Shown here in pieces: positions 8,061 through 18,610 of a stretch of 64,000 nt of DNA. Source of the DNA: Candidatus Shapirobacteria bacterium (lineage in GTDB: Bacteria; Patescibacteriota; Microgenomatia; UBA12405); assembly GCA_016188545.1 (NCBI GenBank), contig JACPHO010000001.1, forward strand, positions 14,249-78,248, in the 5' to 3' direction. The position numbers and the translations under genes are program-made. Within the stretch, counting starts at the first letter, position 1, and every line of letters begins with the position of its first letter. Under the pieces are notes generated by a model. That model ran no database searches. It saw only the letters and a program-made list of their open reading frames with translations, and had not been told where the DNA came from.

Positions 8061-8981
8061 ATGTACGACGTTATTAGTCTCGGTGCTGCCACAGTTGATA
8101 TCTTTGTAAAATCTGACGGCTTTTCACTCCAGGATGATAAACTGGCGATAACCTATTCTAGTAAATACGAGATGACCGACAGTTTAATCTGCTCTGGTGG
8201 TGGTGCTACCAATTCTTCTGTCTCTCTTTCTCGGCTTGGGCTCAAGACCAGTTGTGTATCTCTTCTTGGTAACGATCCTTTGAGTTTGTATGTCTTTAAC
8301 GATCTCAAAGAAAACAACGTTAGTACTGACAATCTCGTTCACCTTAACAAAGAAGATACTGATTACTCGGTTATTTTGGTCGGTCCTGATGGGGGAAGAA
8401 CAATAGTTACTAATCGTGGTGTCAGTCGGCTTGAAAATGAAAACCTAAATTGGGATAAAATATCTCAGACCAGCTGGTTTTACATCACTTCACTTGAAGG
8501 AAACCTTGATCTACTAGAACAAATAATCGGCTTTGCCACCGAGCATCAAATCCGGGTTGCTCTCAACCCCGGCAATCGCGAATTGATGGATAGTAAACGT
8601 CTCATTCCATTGTTGTCTCACGTGGATTTTCTTTTACTAAATGGGATTGAGTCAGAGACTTTGACTGGTGTCCATGTCAACGAAGGCAACTACTGGGAAA
8701 CTTTACTTAGCTACGGTGCCAAAATTTCAGCTGTGACCAATGGTCGTCAGGGAGCCTACGTACTTACTTCCGAAGAGAAGCTATATTCACCAATTATTAA
8801 CACAACTCCAGTCGACGAAACTGGGGCAGGAGATTCTTTTGGTTCAGCTTTCGTTGGTGGTATTATCAACCGACTTTCTCCGGCAGATTCACTCTTTTGG
8901 GCTATTAAAAATTCTGCCTCAGTGGTTTCCGGTCTGGGAGCCAAAACGGGACTGTTAACTCTAGCTGAAATCAAGCAATAA
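8061..8981 (+). CDS. PfkB-family carbohydrate kinase (ribokinase-like)
   Basis: 306 aa; C-terminal PfkB signature DETGAGDSFGSAFVGG. Confidence 0.75.
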   Translation: MYDVISLGAATVDIFVKSDGFSLQDDKLAITYSSKYEMTDSLICSGGGATNSSVSLSRLGLKTSCVSLLGNDPLSLYVFNDLKENNVSTDNLVHLNKEDTDYSVILVGPDGGRTIVTNRGVSRLENENLNWDKISQTSWFYITSLEGNLDLLEQIIGFATEHQIRVALNPGNRELMDSKRLIPLLSHVDFLLLNGIESETLTGVHVNEGNYWETLLSYGAKISAVTNGRQGAYVLTSEEKLYSPIINTTPVDETGAGDSFGSAFVGGIINRLSPADSLFWAIKNSASVVSGLGAKTGLLTLAEIKQ

Positions 8982-9003
8982 CCGATAAATATAAAAAATA
9001 AAT

Positions 9004-9648
9004 ATGCTAACGAAACTTGAGATGAGCAAAAAGAAGTCATACTCTTCAGACGTGCCGCCCGAAGAGGTGAGTGACTTATCTGAAATAAAACTCAAAAAAA
9101 AGCGCTTTTTTATAATACTTTCTATTGTCCTAACTATAGGACTAAGTCTGGTTTTTATCATTTATCGACAGGTGAAAGAGATAGTTGTCAACCCCAAGCT
9201 TTCTATCCCTCGTTTACCTCAGCTATCTCTTTCAAAACCAGTTGTCACTAGCGCCGATATTGAAGACCTGACCGCCGCCATTTCCCAAATTATTACCATC
9301 GATCAATCAAATTGGAACATCGTCGTTGCCAATAGTACTGCCGTGTACAATTGGCCTAGCAATCGTAACCATTTTGATCTGTCACAGGTAACTGCTATTT
9401 CCAATAAATTTTCCCGACTCCTCCCATCAACCCTACTTGCTGAGCTACTTCCCCAGGGACTTTTAGTTCGGGAAGAGTCTAGTAGTAATCAGGATCAACA
9501 AAAAATCACCGCTGTCATTTATCCACCAACATCTACTCCCATTTTTTTTGATCTCCAATATGAAGGAACAGCTGAAGAATTTCAAAAAATAATCACTGAA
9601 CTTATCCCTACTATTTACTGGAGTACGATTAGCCAATCAACCCCTTAA
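9004..9648 (+). CDS. hypothetical membrane-anchored protein
   Basis: 214 aa; single N-terminal TM (FFIILSIVLTIGLSLVFIIY). Confidence 0.4.
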   Translation: MLTKLEMSKKKSYSSDVPPEEVSDLSEIKLKKKRFFIILSIVLTIGLSLVFIIYRQVKEIVVNPKLSIPRLPQLSLSKPVVTSADIEDLTAAISQIITIDQSNWNIVVANSTAVYNWPSNRNHFDLSQVTAISNKFSRLLPSTLLAELLPQGLLVREESSSNQDQQKITAVIYPPTSTPIFFDLQYEGTAEEFQKIITELIPTIYWSTISQSTP

Positions 9649-11681
9649 GGTTGTGGTGTTGGTGTAGCTTTTGGTGAAGGACATTTTATATCTTTCTCTG
9701 TTCCGCTAATAAAATATTCTTCCCGACCACAAACATTTTTCTTTGCTACCCCCTCCGGAGGGATTAACCATTGAGTTGACTTTCGTGAGGCTATCATTTC
9801 TCTCATAATTTTATTCCAAATTGGAGTTGCCCCAGATACCCCAGACGCTACCCAGCTCATCGGACTATTGTCGTTGTTACCAACCCAAGCTGCCACCATC
9901 ACATCGTTAGTCCAGCCAATACACCAATTGTCTCGCAGACTATTTGTCGTCCCTGTCTTTACAGCCACAGTTTCATTATCTATTTTTAGTTTTGAATTCA
10001 AACCAAAAACAGGGGATCTGGCTTGGTTATCGCTCAGTGCACTATTTATCAAAAATGCCTGCTTTGGATCAATTGTTTCCACCCCCACTGCCTCACTCCC
10101 AAATACCTTTTCACCCAAGTAGTTCTCTATTTTAAGCACTGATGTTAGTTCAACCTTCTTTCCCATATTCGCGAAGATACTATATGCACTTGCCAGTTCT
10201 GTCATCTTAACTTCGCCAGCCCCCAGGGCGAGTGAAAGACCAAACCGACTCTTATCTTTCCAAGTATTAATTCCCATTTGTTCTGCCAGGTCGATCATAT
10301 TTTCCACTCCATTTGTCGCCAATAGTTTTACCGAAGGGATATTTAGTGATGAAGCGAGAGCTGTCCGTAGAGTTACATTCCCCAAATACTTACCATTATA
10401 ATTTACCGGTATGTAAGGCTTACTTTGACCAGCAATTTTGTATACGACCTTTTCATCATCGATTATCGTCGCCAAGTTTTGCCCTTTTTTTAGTGCCAGA
10501 AGATAGTTTATTGGCTTGATTGACGACCCTGGTTGTCGGAGTGCTGTTGTTACATTAAACTTACCATCCATATTTGAGGCAAAGTAATTTCTTGAACCCA
10601 CCATTGCTAATACTTCACCGCTTCCAGGGGATAGCACGATTGCTGCCCCGTTAGTGATTTTTAGTCTCTCAACAGAAGATACTTCCTCGGCGACAATTTT
10701 TTCGGCCATCTTCTGTATTTGGATATCAAGACTCGTTACCACTGTCATTCCTCTTCTGGCAAAATTGTCATAACCAAGCTTCTTTTCCAAAAAATCTTTG
10801 ACATAAAACACAAAGTGAGGGGCCTGAATGGTTGGTCGATTAACGACTATCTTAAGATCTTCCGCCCTCATGTCAGAGGCTTCTTTTTCCGTTATAAATC
10901 CGGCCGACTCCATTTCTGATATCACATGTTTTTGTCTTAAAAATCCAAATTTTGGGTTATCACCGGTGGGCGAGTATGAGCTAGGTGCTGCCGGTAAACC
11001 GGCCAAAAATGCTGCCTCTGCCCCAGTTATCTCCCATACATTTTTACCAAAATATTTTTTAGCTGCTTCCTGAACTCCATACGTCTCACCACCGTACGCC
11101 ACTTGGTTAAAATATCGCTCCAGTATTTCTTCCTTAGATAATTTTTTCTCAACCATCAGCGCCAGGAGAGCCTCCCGCATTTTTCTTTTCCATGTCTTCT
11201 CGTTTGAGAAAAATACGCTTTTCACTAACTGCTGAGTTATTGTCGATCCACCCTGAAGTGTTCCGTTATTTTCTCTTTTAAGCATGTTGTAGATTAGTGC
11301 CTGACTTATTCCTTTAACCGATATCCCCTGATGCTGTAAAAAGCTTTTATCTTCTATCGCCAGAGTTGCTATAACTAAAGACTTAGGAATCTTAGCCAAC
11401 GGTACCCAGCTCCTATCCTCATCTTCATAAAATTTATAAAGTAATACCCCGTTTCTATCCAAAATTTTTGAAGAGAGTCGAGGTGGGTTGTATATTTCGT
11501 TAACGTTCGGCAGGCCTACTATCACTTTCAAATACAACCATATCAACACCCCACTCATCCCCAGCAGTATTGATCCTAAAAACAGGTATGATCGGACAAT
11601 TCGTAATCCAAATTTTAAAATAATCAGTAGCGGCCATCCTAATGCGATTAGCATTTTTTTAAGTAACAGAATTGGTCGCAT
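9645..11681 (-). CDS. class A penicillin-binding protein (PBP1A family; transglycosylase + transpeptidase)
   Basis: 678 aa; GT51 motifs EDKSF, GGSTITQQLVK; transpeptidase SSIKP (SxxK), SLN, KTGTT. Confidence 0.85.
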   Translation of the reverse strand: MRPILLLKKMLIALGWPLLIILKFGLRIVRSYLFLGSILLGMSGVLIWLYLKVIVGLPNVNEIYNPPRLSSKILDRNGVLLYKFYEDEDRSWVPLAKIPKSLVIATLAIEDKSFLQHQGISVKGISQALIYNMLKRENNGTLQGGSTITQQLVKSVFFSNEKTWKRKMREALLALMVEKKLSKEEILERYFNQVAYGGETYGVQEAAKKYFGKNVWEITGAEAAFLAGLPAAPSSYSPTGDNPKFGFLRQKHVISEMESAGFITEKEASDMRAEDLKIVVNRPTIQAPHFVFYVKDFLEKKLGYDNFARRGMTVVTSLDIQIQKMAEKIVAEEVSSVERLKITNGAAIVLSPGSGEVLAMVGSRNYFASNMDGKFNVTTALRQPGSSIKPINYLLALKKGQNLATIIDDEKVVYKIAGQSKPYIPVNYNGKYLGNVTLRTALASSLNIPSVKLLATNGVENMIDLAEQMGINTWKDKSRFGLSLALGAGEVKMTELASAYSIFANMGKKVELTSVLKIENYLGEKVFGSEAVGVETIDPKQAFLINSALSDNQARSPVFGLNSKLKIDNETVAVKTGTTNSLRDNWCIGWTNDVMVAAWVGNNDNSPMSWVASGVSGATPIWNKIMREMIASRKSTQWLIPPEGVAKKNVCGREEYFISGTEKDIKCPSPKATPTPQP

Positions 11682-11686
11682 TAATT

Positions 11687-13876
11687 TTATTGATTTATTA
11701 TCGTTGTTGGTAATTGACTTCCGGTCGTATCACCGGGATTTATATTTAAAGGACAGTCCAAGCACACCCATACTCCACTAGCATCTCTAACCGCTTGATG
11801 TTCCTGCCACTCGACGTTAGTTTTTACCTCACCGTCTTTGACAATTCTATTTGTGTCCTTGTCTATTAACACATTATTTTTGATCGGCAACCTTTTTGTT
11901 GGGGAATACTCTTTTTTGAAATATTCATAATGTGAGTCACATCCTGCCTCTGGGGGTAGCTCACCAGTAAAGTTACAAACTGCAATCTTTTGAACATCAA
12001 CCGGCACTACCGGCTTTTTGACTGGCTTGTCTTTAAGTAGATAGGTCATTACTTTGTTCCAAATCGGTGCTGCTCCAGTAGTACCTGATACCAGATATCC
12101 CATTTTGCTATTGTCGTTATTTCCCACCCACACAGTGGTCACAAAATCAGGTGTGTATCCAATCGTCCAATTGTCCCGCAAATCATTGGTTGTCCCTGTT
12201 TTGGCTGATACTTCGGGATGTCCCTTGATAGTCAAAAGCGATCCCCGTCCAAACACCATACTTCGAGACCCGTCATCAGACAAAATATCGGTGATAATAA
12301 AACTCGTATCCCTAGACAAAACTCTTTCTCCTGGAATGTCCTGGTAGCTCTCTAGAACCTTCCCATGTCTATCAGTTATATTCAGTACGGAAACAAGGTT
12401 CTGCCTTATTCCACCATTGGCAAATACTCCGAATGCTGTATTCATCTCCGTCATCATAACTTCACCACCACCAAGAGTTATTGATAGTCCGTATAAGGAC
12501 GGATCTTTATAAGTAGAGATTCCCATAGCTGATGCTGTCGCCACAAAATTTTCAAGTCCGACTAGTTGAATTGTTTTAACGGCTGGAATATTTAGTGAGT
12601 TACCCAGCGAATTACGCAAGCTTTGTATACCACTGTAACGCCCACCATAATTAGTCGGACAGTACATCTTTTGATTCTCGACTTTAAAGCATGTCGGACT
12701 ATCGTCAAAAATTGTGGCCGCAGTCACTTTCCCCATCTCAATCCCAGTGGCATAGTTCAATGGTTTTATTGACGATCCTGGTTGTCTTAACGCAGTGGTC
12801 ACATTGAATTTGCCTTCTATATCATTAGCAAAAAAATCTTTTGAGCCCACCATAGCTAATATCTGCCCCGTCTTTGGCTCAGTGACTAGCCCAGCTCCAT
12901 TGGATATCTTTTGTTTAGCCAGCTTTGTAGTCTCAGAGGCTATTGTGTGTTGCATCATCTCCTGAACGTTTGAATCAAGGGTTGTGGTGATCTTCAGTCC
13001 ACCTTCGTTAACCAACTTCGCACCATACTTTTCAACTAACATTTCTTTGACATAAAAAACAAAGTGAGGCGCTACGATCTCGTCTTTATTAATGTAATAG
13101 TTCAACGGTTCCTTTTCTGCCGCCAACTTCTCATCTTCTGTTATGTAATCCAATTCACGCATTCTCGTCAAAACCAGCTCTTGTCTTTTTTTAGCAGCGT
13201 CGGGGTGAGCAAAAGGGGAATATCTGGTCGGTGAGCCCGGCAGTCCAGCTAGTAACGCCGCCTCACCTGTGGTCAGATCTTTAACTTCTTTATTAAATAT
13301 TCCCTTGGCGGCTGCACCCACACCCCAGAGAGTTCCACCGTATGGAGTCTGGTTAAAATACATCTCCAGAATCTGTTTTTTGGTATACAGCACTTCAGTT
13401 GATACTGTTAATAATGCCTCTTTTACCTTTCGAGTCCAGGTCCTCTCCGGTGTCAGTAGTGCATTTTTCACCAACTGTTGGGTAATAGTTGACCCACCTT
13501 GCAACCTCTTTTGGACTAGCGTTCTAAAGAGTCCTCGGACAATACCCCTCAAATCAAATCCTATGTGACTATAAAAGTTAGCGTCTTCCACTGCCAAAGT
13601 TGCTTTAACCAATCTTTCTGGGACATCATCAATTTTGACAATATTTCTTCTTTTTTCAGAGAAAATCTCATAAATCAATTTCCCGTTTCTGTCCATAATT
13701 TGAGAATTTTCTGGATAAATATCCGACGTTAGACTTCTCGGGTTTGGCATATCTTTCAAAAGAAATGCCATGAAAATTACGAAAGGGATTAATACAGCGA
13801 GACCAATAACTAAGAATCGATTCTTAGTAATTCCACGTATATCTATTTTTTTCTTGTTGTTTGTTCCAGCCATCAA
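11687..13876 (-). CDS. class A penicillin-binding protein (PBP1A family), second paralog
   Basis: 729 aa; EDANFYSH, GGSTITQQLVKN, PGSSIKP, SLN, KTGTT. Confidence 0.85.
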   Translation of the reverse strand: MMAGTNNKKKIDIRGITKNRFLVIGLAVLIPFVIFMAFLLKDMPNPRSLTSDIYPENSQIMDRNGKLIYEIFSEKRRNIVKIDDVPERLVKATLAVEDANFYSHIGFDLRGIVRGLFRTLVQKRLQGGSTITQQLVKNALLTPERTWTRKVKEALLTVSTEVLYTKKQILEMYFNQTPYGGTLWGVGAAAKGIFNKEVKDLTTGEAALLAGLPGSPTRYSPFAHPDAAKKRQELVLTRMRELDYITEDEKLAAEKEPLNYYINKDEIVAPHFVFYVKEMLVEKYGAKLVNEGGLKITTTLDSNVQEMMQHTIASETTKLAKQKISNGAGLVTEPKTGQILAMVGSKDFFANDIEGKFNVTTALRQPGSSIKPLNYATGIEMGKVTAATIFDDSPTCFKVENQKMYCPTNYGGRYSGIQSLRNSLGNSLNIPAVKTIQLVGLENFVATASAMGISTYKDPSLYGLSITLGGGEVMMTEMNTAFGVFANGGIRQNLVSVLNITDRHGKVLESYQDIPGERVLSRDTSFIITDILSDDGSRSMVFGRGSLLTIKGHPEVSAKTGTTNDLRDNWTIGYTPDFVTTVWVGNNDNSKMGYLVSGTTGAAPIWNKVMTYLLKDKPVKKPVVPVDVQKIAVCNFTGELPPEAGCDSHYEYFKKEYSPTKRLPIKNNVLIDKDTNRIVKDGEVKTNVEWQEHQAVRDASGVWVCLDCPLNINPGDTTGSQLPTTIINQ

Positions 13877-14438
13877 TTCTAGTTAATAGTTTTGTATATT
13901 TTTCACTATCGATTTCAATTCCTTTCTCATTTCTGTGAAATATTTCTCTATACGCCAATCCTGCCCACAGAATTTGCTTACGTATCTGTTTTGATTGAGC
14001 ATCAACGTTTTTTGCCCCCATCACTAACTCGTTGGCATATTCTAATTTATCTATGGCTTCATTGCCAGACTCAACTGCCAACCCTCTCTCACCTTTTTCT
14101 GTCAACTTTTGGAATTCAGCAATTTTTTTATCTGCCATAAGTACCGCCAACTTTACCTTATTTTCCCCTCCACTAAGAGTCATCCATACATAATCTCTCA
14201 CTTTTTTGAAACCATAGAACACATGATTTGGTAGCATTCCTGCATCAGGGAGTTTATATGTTCCCGAAACAGTTTCTCCATCTTCAAAATTTACCAGAAA
14301 CTTTACTTCTTCGTTTCGTAACGAGTCCATCTCTCCATCTTGAGCCATTAGGTTTAGTCCAGCCTTAGCAACTGACACAAAAAGTATAACTAAACCAATC
14401 AAGACGACAAAAACCCTACCTATTATCTTCATCAGCAT
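13824..14438 (-). CDS. hypothetical N-terminally anchored protein
   Basis: 204 aa; N-terminal TM; overlaps upstream and downstream genes (likely translationally coupled). Confidence 0.4.
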   Translation of the reverse strand: MLMKIIGRVFVVLIGLVILFVSVAKAGLNLMAQDGEMDSLRNEEVKFLVNFEDGETVSGTYKLPDAGMLPNHVFYGFKKVRDYVWMTLSGGENKVKLAVLMADKKIAEFQKLTEKGERGLAVESGNEAIDKLEYANELVMGAKNVDAQSKQIRKQILWAGLAYREIFHRNEKGIEIDSEKYTKLLTRIDGWNKQQEKNRYTWNY

Positions 14439-15216
14439 ATCTTATTCTATCACTTGGGTGAAAAAATGCTGACCGAAGTCCCACAATTTCTGAACTAATT
14501 TTCCGTTTCATGTACCACCACTGCGGCCAAAAAACTAACCAATTTATCAAATCCAAGATTCTGTTGTCCGTTGTTTTTACTTTTAATTTTTTACTTTTTA
14601 CTTTTGACATTTTACTTCCATATCCATTAGCTACATGCTTACCTACCCAGTCATTTTCGGCCAGAAAATTTTCATAAGTCTTATTCTTGTTCAAAATTGG
14701 AACCATCAAAATAGTATCCATCGCGTTCCTTAGTGTTTGTTTATTTTTTGGTAGTTTCATTTCACCTTCTTCTATCCACAGGTTAAAACACAAGTCATCT
14801 TTATTTTCACTTAATCCAAACTTTCGGTGGGGGATTTTATTAAAAAAAACATACAGTCTCAGCACTAATCTATTAATCCACAAGCGGTTACTCTTAGTGA
14901 CAATCATTAGGTCAATGTCGTCATTTTGTCTACAATACCCAGCCGCCACCGATCCAGTCACCGTTATCAGTAAGATATCCGGAAAAACCACTGCCAATTT
15001 TTTTGCAAAAAGACTAACTTTTTCTAGTTTGGACTCAGTAAACTCACTTTTTTTAGTAAACTTTTCAATGTCCTTTGATAGTCTTTTCTTAATGTCTTCA
15101 CTACTATAACAGTGACTACTAATTAGCCGCTTTGTTAACTCTTCAGGACTGTATACCACCCCAAACTGACTACCGTATTCTCTTGTTTTTTTAATTTCCT
15201 TATCCAGTTGGTCCAT
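14416..15216 (-). CDS. nucleotidyltransferase-fold protein, LicD/fukutin-like (putative glycopolymer phosphotransferase)
   Basis: 266 aa; GSVAAGYCRQNDDIDLMIV resembles the pol-beta NTase and LicD DDDID motif; sits next to glycosyltransferase genes. Confidence 0.35.
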   Translation of the reverse strand: MDQLDKEIKKTREYGSQFGVVYSPEELTKRLISSHCYSSEDIKKRLSKDIEKFTKKSEFTESKLEKVSLFAKKLAVVFPDILLITVTGSVAAGYCRQNDDIDLMIVTKSNRLWINRLVLRLYVFFNKIPHRKFGLSENKDDLCFNLWIEEGEMKLPKNKQTLRNAMDTILMVPILNKNKTYENFLAENDWVGKHVANGYGSKMSKVKSKKLKVKTTDNRILDLINWLVFWPQWWYMKRKISSEIVGLRSAFFHPSDRIRYADEDNR

Positions 15217-16755
15217 ACCTCTATTCTACCTTGGTATAATATATCTCGATCTATGAAGAAAAATGGCAGAGCTTACCGGCTTCTTGAAATGGTTCCAGGC
15301 ATTTTTGCTTGGACAGCTATCACCTTTCCAATTTGGGGAGCCTTTATCTTTCCCCGTATAGTTGCGTACTTTGTTATCGCATTCCTAATTTATTGGCTTT
15401 ATCAATCCTTCAAAGCAGCCTTCTTTGCCATCATCGGTTACTTTAAAATAATCGCTGCCCAAAAGACTCCTTGGCCTGACTTATATAAACAGAATAAGAC
15501 AAAAAGTTGGCTATCTTTTACTGAAGTTGACCATGTTATTGTAATTTCTTCCTATAAAGAGCCGGTAGATGTGATCGATATGGCTGTAGGTAGCTTGGCC
15601 GCCCAGATCGACATAAACCTGAAACAGATCCACGTTATTGTTGCTCAGGAAGCTCGGGCCGGCAAGGAGAACAATGAGGCTACTATCAGTTACTTTACAT
15701 CTAAGTACAAAAACGTTTTTGGTAATTTGATCTTTACCTCCCACCCCTCCGATACTCCGGGTGAAACCATAGGCAAACATAGTAATGAAGCCTTTGCCGC
15801 CAAATACTTCAAGAAAAATTTTATTAAGAAGGGGACTTTTGACATCGACAAATTAACACTAACCTCCTGTGACGTCGACACTATCTTTAACCCTAAATAT
15901 TTTTCCGCTCTGACATATTCATTCGCGTCATCAGAAAATCGCTATTATAGATTTTGGCAATCGCCAATTTTTTGGCACCACAATATCAATAGTGTCCCTG
16001 GCCCCATTAGAATTATCGGAACACTTGGTAATGTAATTCATATAGCCAATATTCAGGAACCAGATGGACTTTTCTTTAACTATTCCTGTTATTCATCATC
16101 GTACCGACTAATCGACTCAGCGGGTTACTGGGACATCGATATGATTCCTGAGGACTGGCATATCTTTCTCCAAACCTTCTTTAGTAGTGGTGGCCGTAGT
16201 CAAGTCGAGCCAATTTTTCTCCCCACCATCGTCGATGCTCCAGATGGTAAATCATATTTTGGTGCTCTCAAAAATCGTTATTCTCAGTGTGTCCGCCACG
16301 CCTGGGGTGCTATTGATATTCCCTATGCTATCAAACAATCCATCAACCATCCTGAGATTCCCATTATCACCCGAATCCTTCGTGTTTACCGTCTGATAGA
16401 AACTCATTTTATTTGGTCTAGCAACTGGTTCATTCTTACTCTTGGTACCTCTCTTCCAGTTATTCTTAACCCCACTTTTTTTCAGACCTCCATTGGTTTT
16501 AACCTTCCCCGAATCTCCAATATTATTCTGACTGTCTGTTTAATCCCTTTGATTTCCCTAATAATTCTCGACTGGAAACTTCGACCAAAATACCAAAAAA
16601 CTGGTCTCGGTAATATTCTCAAAAATATTCTTCAGTGGCCGTTCATGCCCTTGGCCACCCTGACCATGTCTGTTTTACCCGGTCTACATTCTCATACGAG
16701 ACTAATGCTTGGCCATCGACTTGAGTACAAGACCACCCAAAAAAAGGCAAAATAG
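15208..16755 (+). CDS. membrane-bound family 2 glycosyltransferase (processive-type)
   Basis: 515 aa; multiple TM helices; GT2-like motifs VIVISSYKEP, CDVDT (DxD), EDWHIF, QCVRHAW (QxxRW-like). Confidence 0.5.
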   Translation: MVHTSILPWYNISRSMKKNGRAYRLLEMVPGIFAWTAITFPIWGAFIFPRIVAYFVIAFLIYWLYQSFKAAFFAIIGYFKIIAAQKTPWPDLYKQNKTKSWLSFTEVDHVIVISSYKEPVDVIDMAVGSLAAQIDINLKQIHVIVAQEARAGKENNEATISYFTSKYKNVFGNLIFTSHPSDTPGETIGKHSNEAFAAKYFKKNFIKKGTFDIDKLTLTSCDVDTIFNPKYFSALTYSFASSENRYYRFWQSPIFWHHNINSVPGPIRIIGTLGNVIHIANIQEPDGLFFNYSCYSSSYRLIDSAGYWDIDMIPEDWHIFLQTFFSSGGRSQVEPIFLPTIVDAPDGKSYFGALKNRYSQCVRHAWGAIDIPYAIKQSINHPEIPIITRILRVYRLIETHFIWSSNWFILTLGTSLPVILNPTFFQTSIGFNLPRISNIILTVCLIPLISLIILDWKLRPKYQKTGLGNILKNILQWPFMPLATLTMSVLPGLHSHTRLMLGHRLEYKTTQKKAK

Positions 16756-18226
16756 GCTAAACTATTTCATGATCAATCTTCTCGAAAAGAAACATCGTTT
16801 CGTGCTAATTGCCTCACTTCTTTTTTTACTTCTTAGATTACCTTCACTTTTCGAACCATATTGGTACGGTGACGAGGGGATTTATCTGGTCCTCGGACAG
16901 GCCCTCCGAAAAGGTCTAGTTCTTTATCGTCAAATTCATGACAATAAGCCACCGAGTCTTTATTATCTAGCTGCCATTGCTCAGACTGTCTTTGGTTTCC
17001 GTCTCTTACTTGCTATCTCTATGGCTTTCTCGTCTGTAATTTTCCACAAGTTCTCCACCAAACTTTTTTCAGCCAAATTCGCCAAGATATCTACGATTCT
17101 GTTTATTATTCTTACCTCAATTCCCCTAATTGAAGGCAATATCGCCAATGCCGAAATCTTCATGGTACTCCCAACTCTAGCGGGAATTTATTACTTCTTC
17201 TACTCAAAATCTACTCTACATTACTTAGTTTCCGGATTATTGCTTGGTCTCGCTTTCACTTTCAAAGTTCCGGTCGCAGTCGAGTTTGCTCTCCTTTGTG
17301 CTTGGGTTTTGGCATTCAATTTTGAACGTTCCAAAATAAAATTAATCGCAATTAGCTGGTTCGCTCTGGTCGTTGGTTTTGTTCTACCAATTGTTCTTTT
17401 TTTTGCTCTGTCTATTTATCAACGAGCTGGCAATGAGTTTTTATTTTCCGCCTTACTCCAAAACTTTGGATATCTGTCATCTTGGTCAACAGGCTCGCAC
17501 TCCGGTAGTGCCACCAGCGGTGGTCTAGTCAACCGGGCAGTGATCATGTCAATTTCTTGGTTAATCATTTACTTCTTATATCTAAAAAAACACATACCCA
17601 AAAGTGCTTTATTTGTATTTACTTGGTTTTGTGCCACTGTCTTTGGAGCACTTCTCTCTACTCGTCCCTATCCTCACTATCTGATTCAATTAGCTCCTCC
17701 ATTAGTCTTAATCTTAACTCTTATATTTTCAACTCTAGCCACACTCAAACAACGGATTATTTCCATAATCTTACTTGCTGGACTTGGATTTTACCTTGTT
17801 AGTTATAAATTCTATTACTACCCAGTCGTTTCTTATTACAAAAACTTCTACGCTCACATTTTTAGTCTGAACTCAGTCGAATACCGCAATTACTTTGGTG
17901 CTCGAGTCGATGATACTTACCAAATTGCTCAGTTTCTTAAGAACACCACAGCTCCAGAGGAAGACATCTTTATTTGGGGTGACGAACCCTATATTTATGC
18001 CCTATCGGACCGTCTCCCTGTTGGAAAATACACGGTTGCCTACCATGTGGCCGACTTCAACCAATATGAGAACACTTATAACCAATTAATAGTTCAATTT
18101 CCCAAAACCGTTATATACTACCCTCAGCCAGGACGTCCTTTTCCTGACTTAGATCGATTCATAAAACTATACTATTCACCGGCGACCGCCTTTGGCGAAG
18201 CCACTATCTACACCCGTAATGAGTAA
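16709..18226 (+). CDS. GT-C fold glycosyltransferase (ArnT/PMT-like, family 39/83-like)
   Basis: 505 aa; 10+ TM helices; first-loop YGDEG motif typical of GT-C enzymes. Confidence 0.45.
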   Translation: MAIDLSTRPPKKRQNRLNYFMINLLEKKHRFVLIASLLFLLLRLPSLFEPYWYGDEGIYLVLGQALRKGLVLYRQIHDNKPPSLYYLAAIAQTVFGFRLLLAISMAFSSVIFHKFSTKLFSAKFAKISTILFIILTSIPLIEGNIANAEIFMVLPTLAGIYYFFYSKSTLHYLVSGLLLGLAFTFKVPVAVEFALLCAWVLAFNFERSKIKLIAISWFALVVGFVLPIVLFFALSIYQRAGNEFLFSALLQNFGYLSSWSTGSHSGSATSGGLVNRAVIMSISWLIIYFLYLKKHIPKSALFVFTWFCATVFGALLSTRPYPHYLIQLAPPLVLILTLIFSTLATLKQRIISIILLAGLGFYLVSYKFYYYPVVSYYKNFYAHIFSLNSVEYRNYFGARVDDTYQIAQFLKNTTAPEEDIFIWGDEPYIYALSDRLPVGKYTVAYHVADFNQYENTYNQLIVQFPKTVIYYPQPGRPFPDLDRFIKLYYSPATAFGEATIYTRNE

Positions 18227-18608
18227 TACTCTGTCATTATCAAATTTATCAAGCTCACTCGCCAAAGTAGGTCTGTTTTGGCAGGAGAAACTAAACGGAA
18301 CAGTTTTCCGCTGGAATTTGTTTGTGGCTATAATGCAGTTTGCTTTTGTTTGGTACAAATACAACGACCTCCCCCCCGAAATCCCTCTCTTCTATTCCCG
18401 ACCTTGGGGAGCCGAGCAGTTGGCAGCGAGTTCTTCGGCTTTCTTGCTTCCAGTAATCACTTTTATAGTTATTATTGTTAATAATTTTCTAGCCGTGTTC
18501 CTACTTCGGTCAAACTCACTTCTTTCCCGGCTACTAGTTATCACTTCTCTTCTTTTTGCCATTCTTTCGTTTATTGCTATGCTGCGCTCTATTAGTCTAG
18601 TAGTCTAA
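18192..18608 (+). CDS. small integral membrane protein
   Basis: 138 aa; 3-4 TM helices. Confidence 0.35.
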   Translation: MAKPLSTPVMSNTLSLSNLSSSLAKVGLFWQEKLNGTVFRWNLFVAIMQFAFVWYKYNDLPPEIPLFYSRPWGAEQLAASSSAFLLPVITFIVIIVNNFLAVFLLRSNSLLSRLLVITSLLFAILSFIAMLRSISLVV

Positions 18609-18610
18609 CC

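Noticed and set aside
9868-13568. Numerous 60-140-aa ORFs on the opposite strand of the PBP genes, the GT genes and the 16S rRNA (e.g. 9868-10122, 12054-12347, 38104-38462)
   Set aside because: They are embedded antisense in well-supported long genes or the rRNA. They are treated as spurious.
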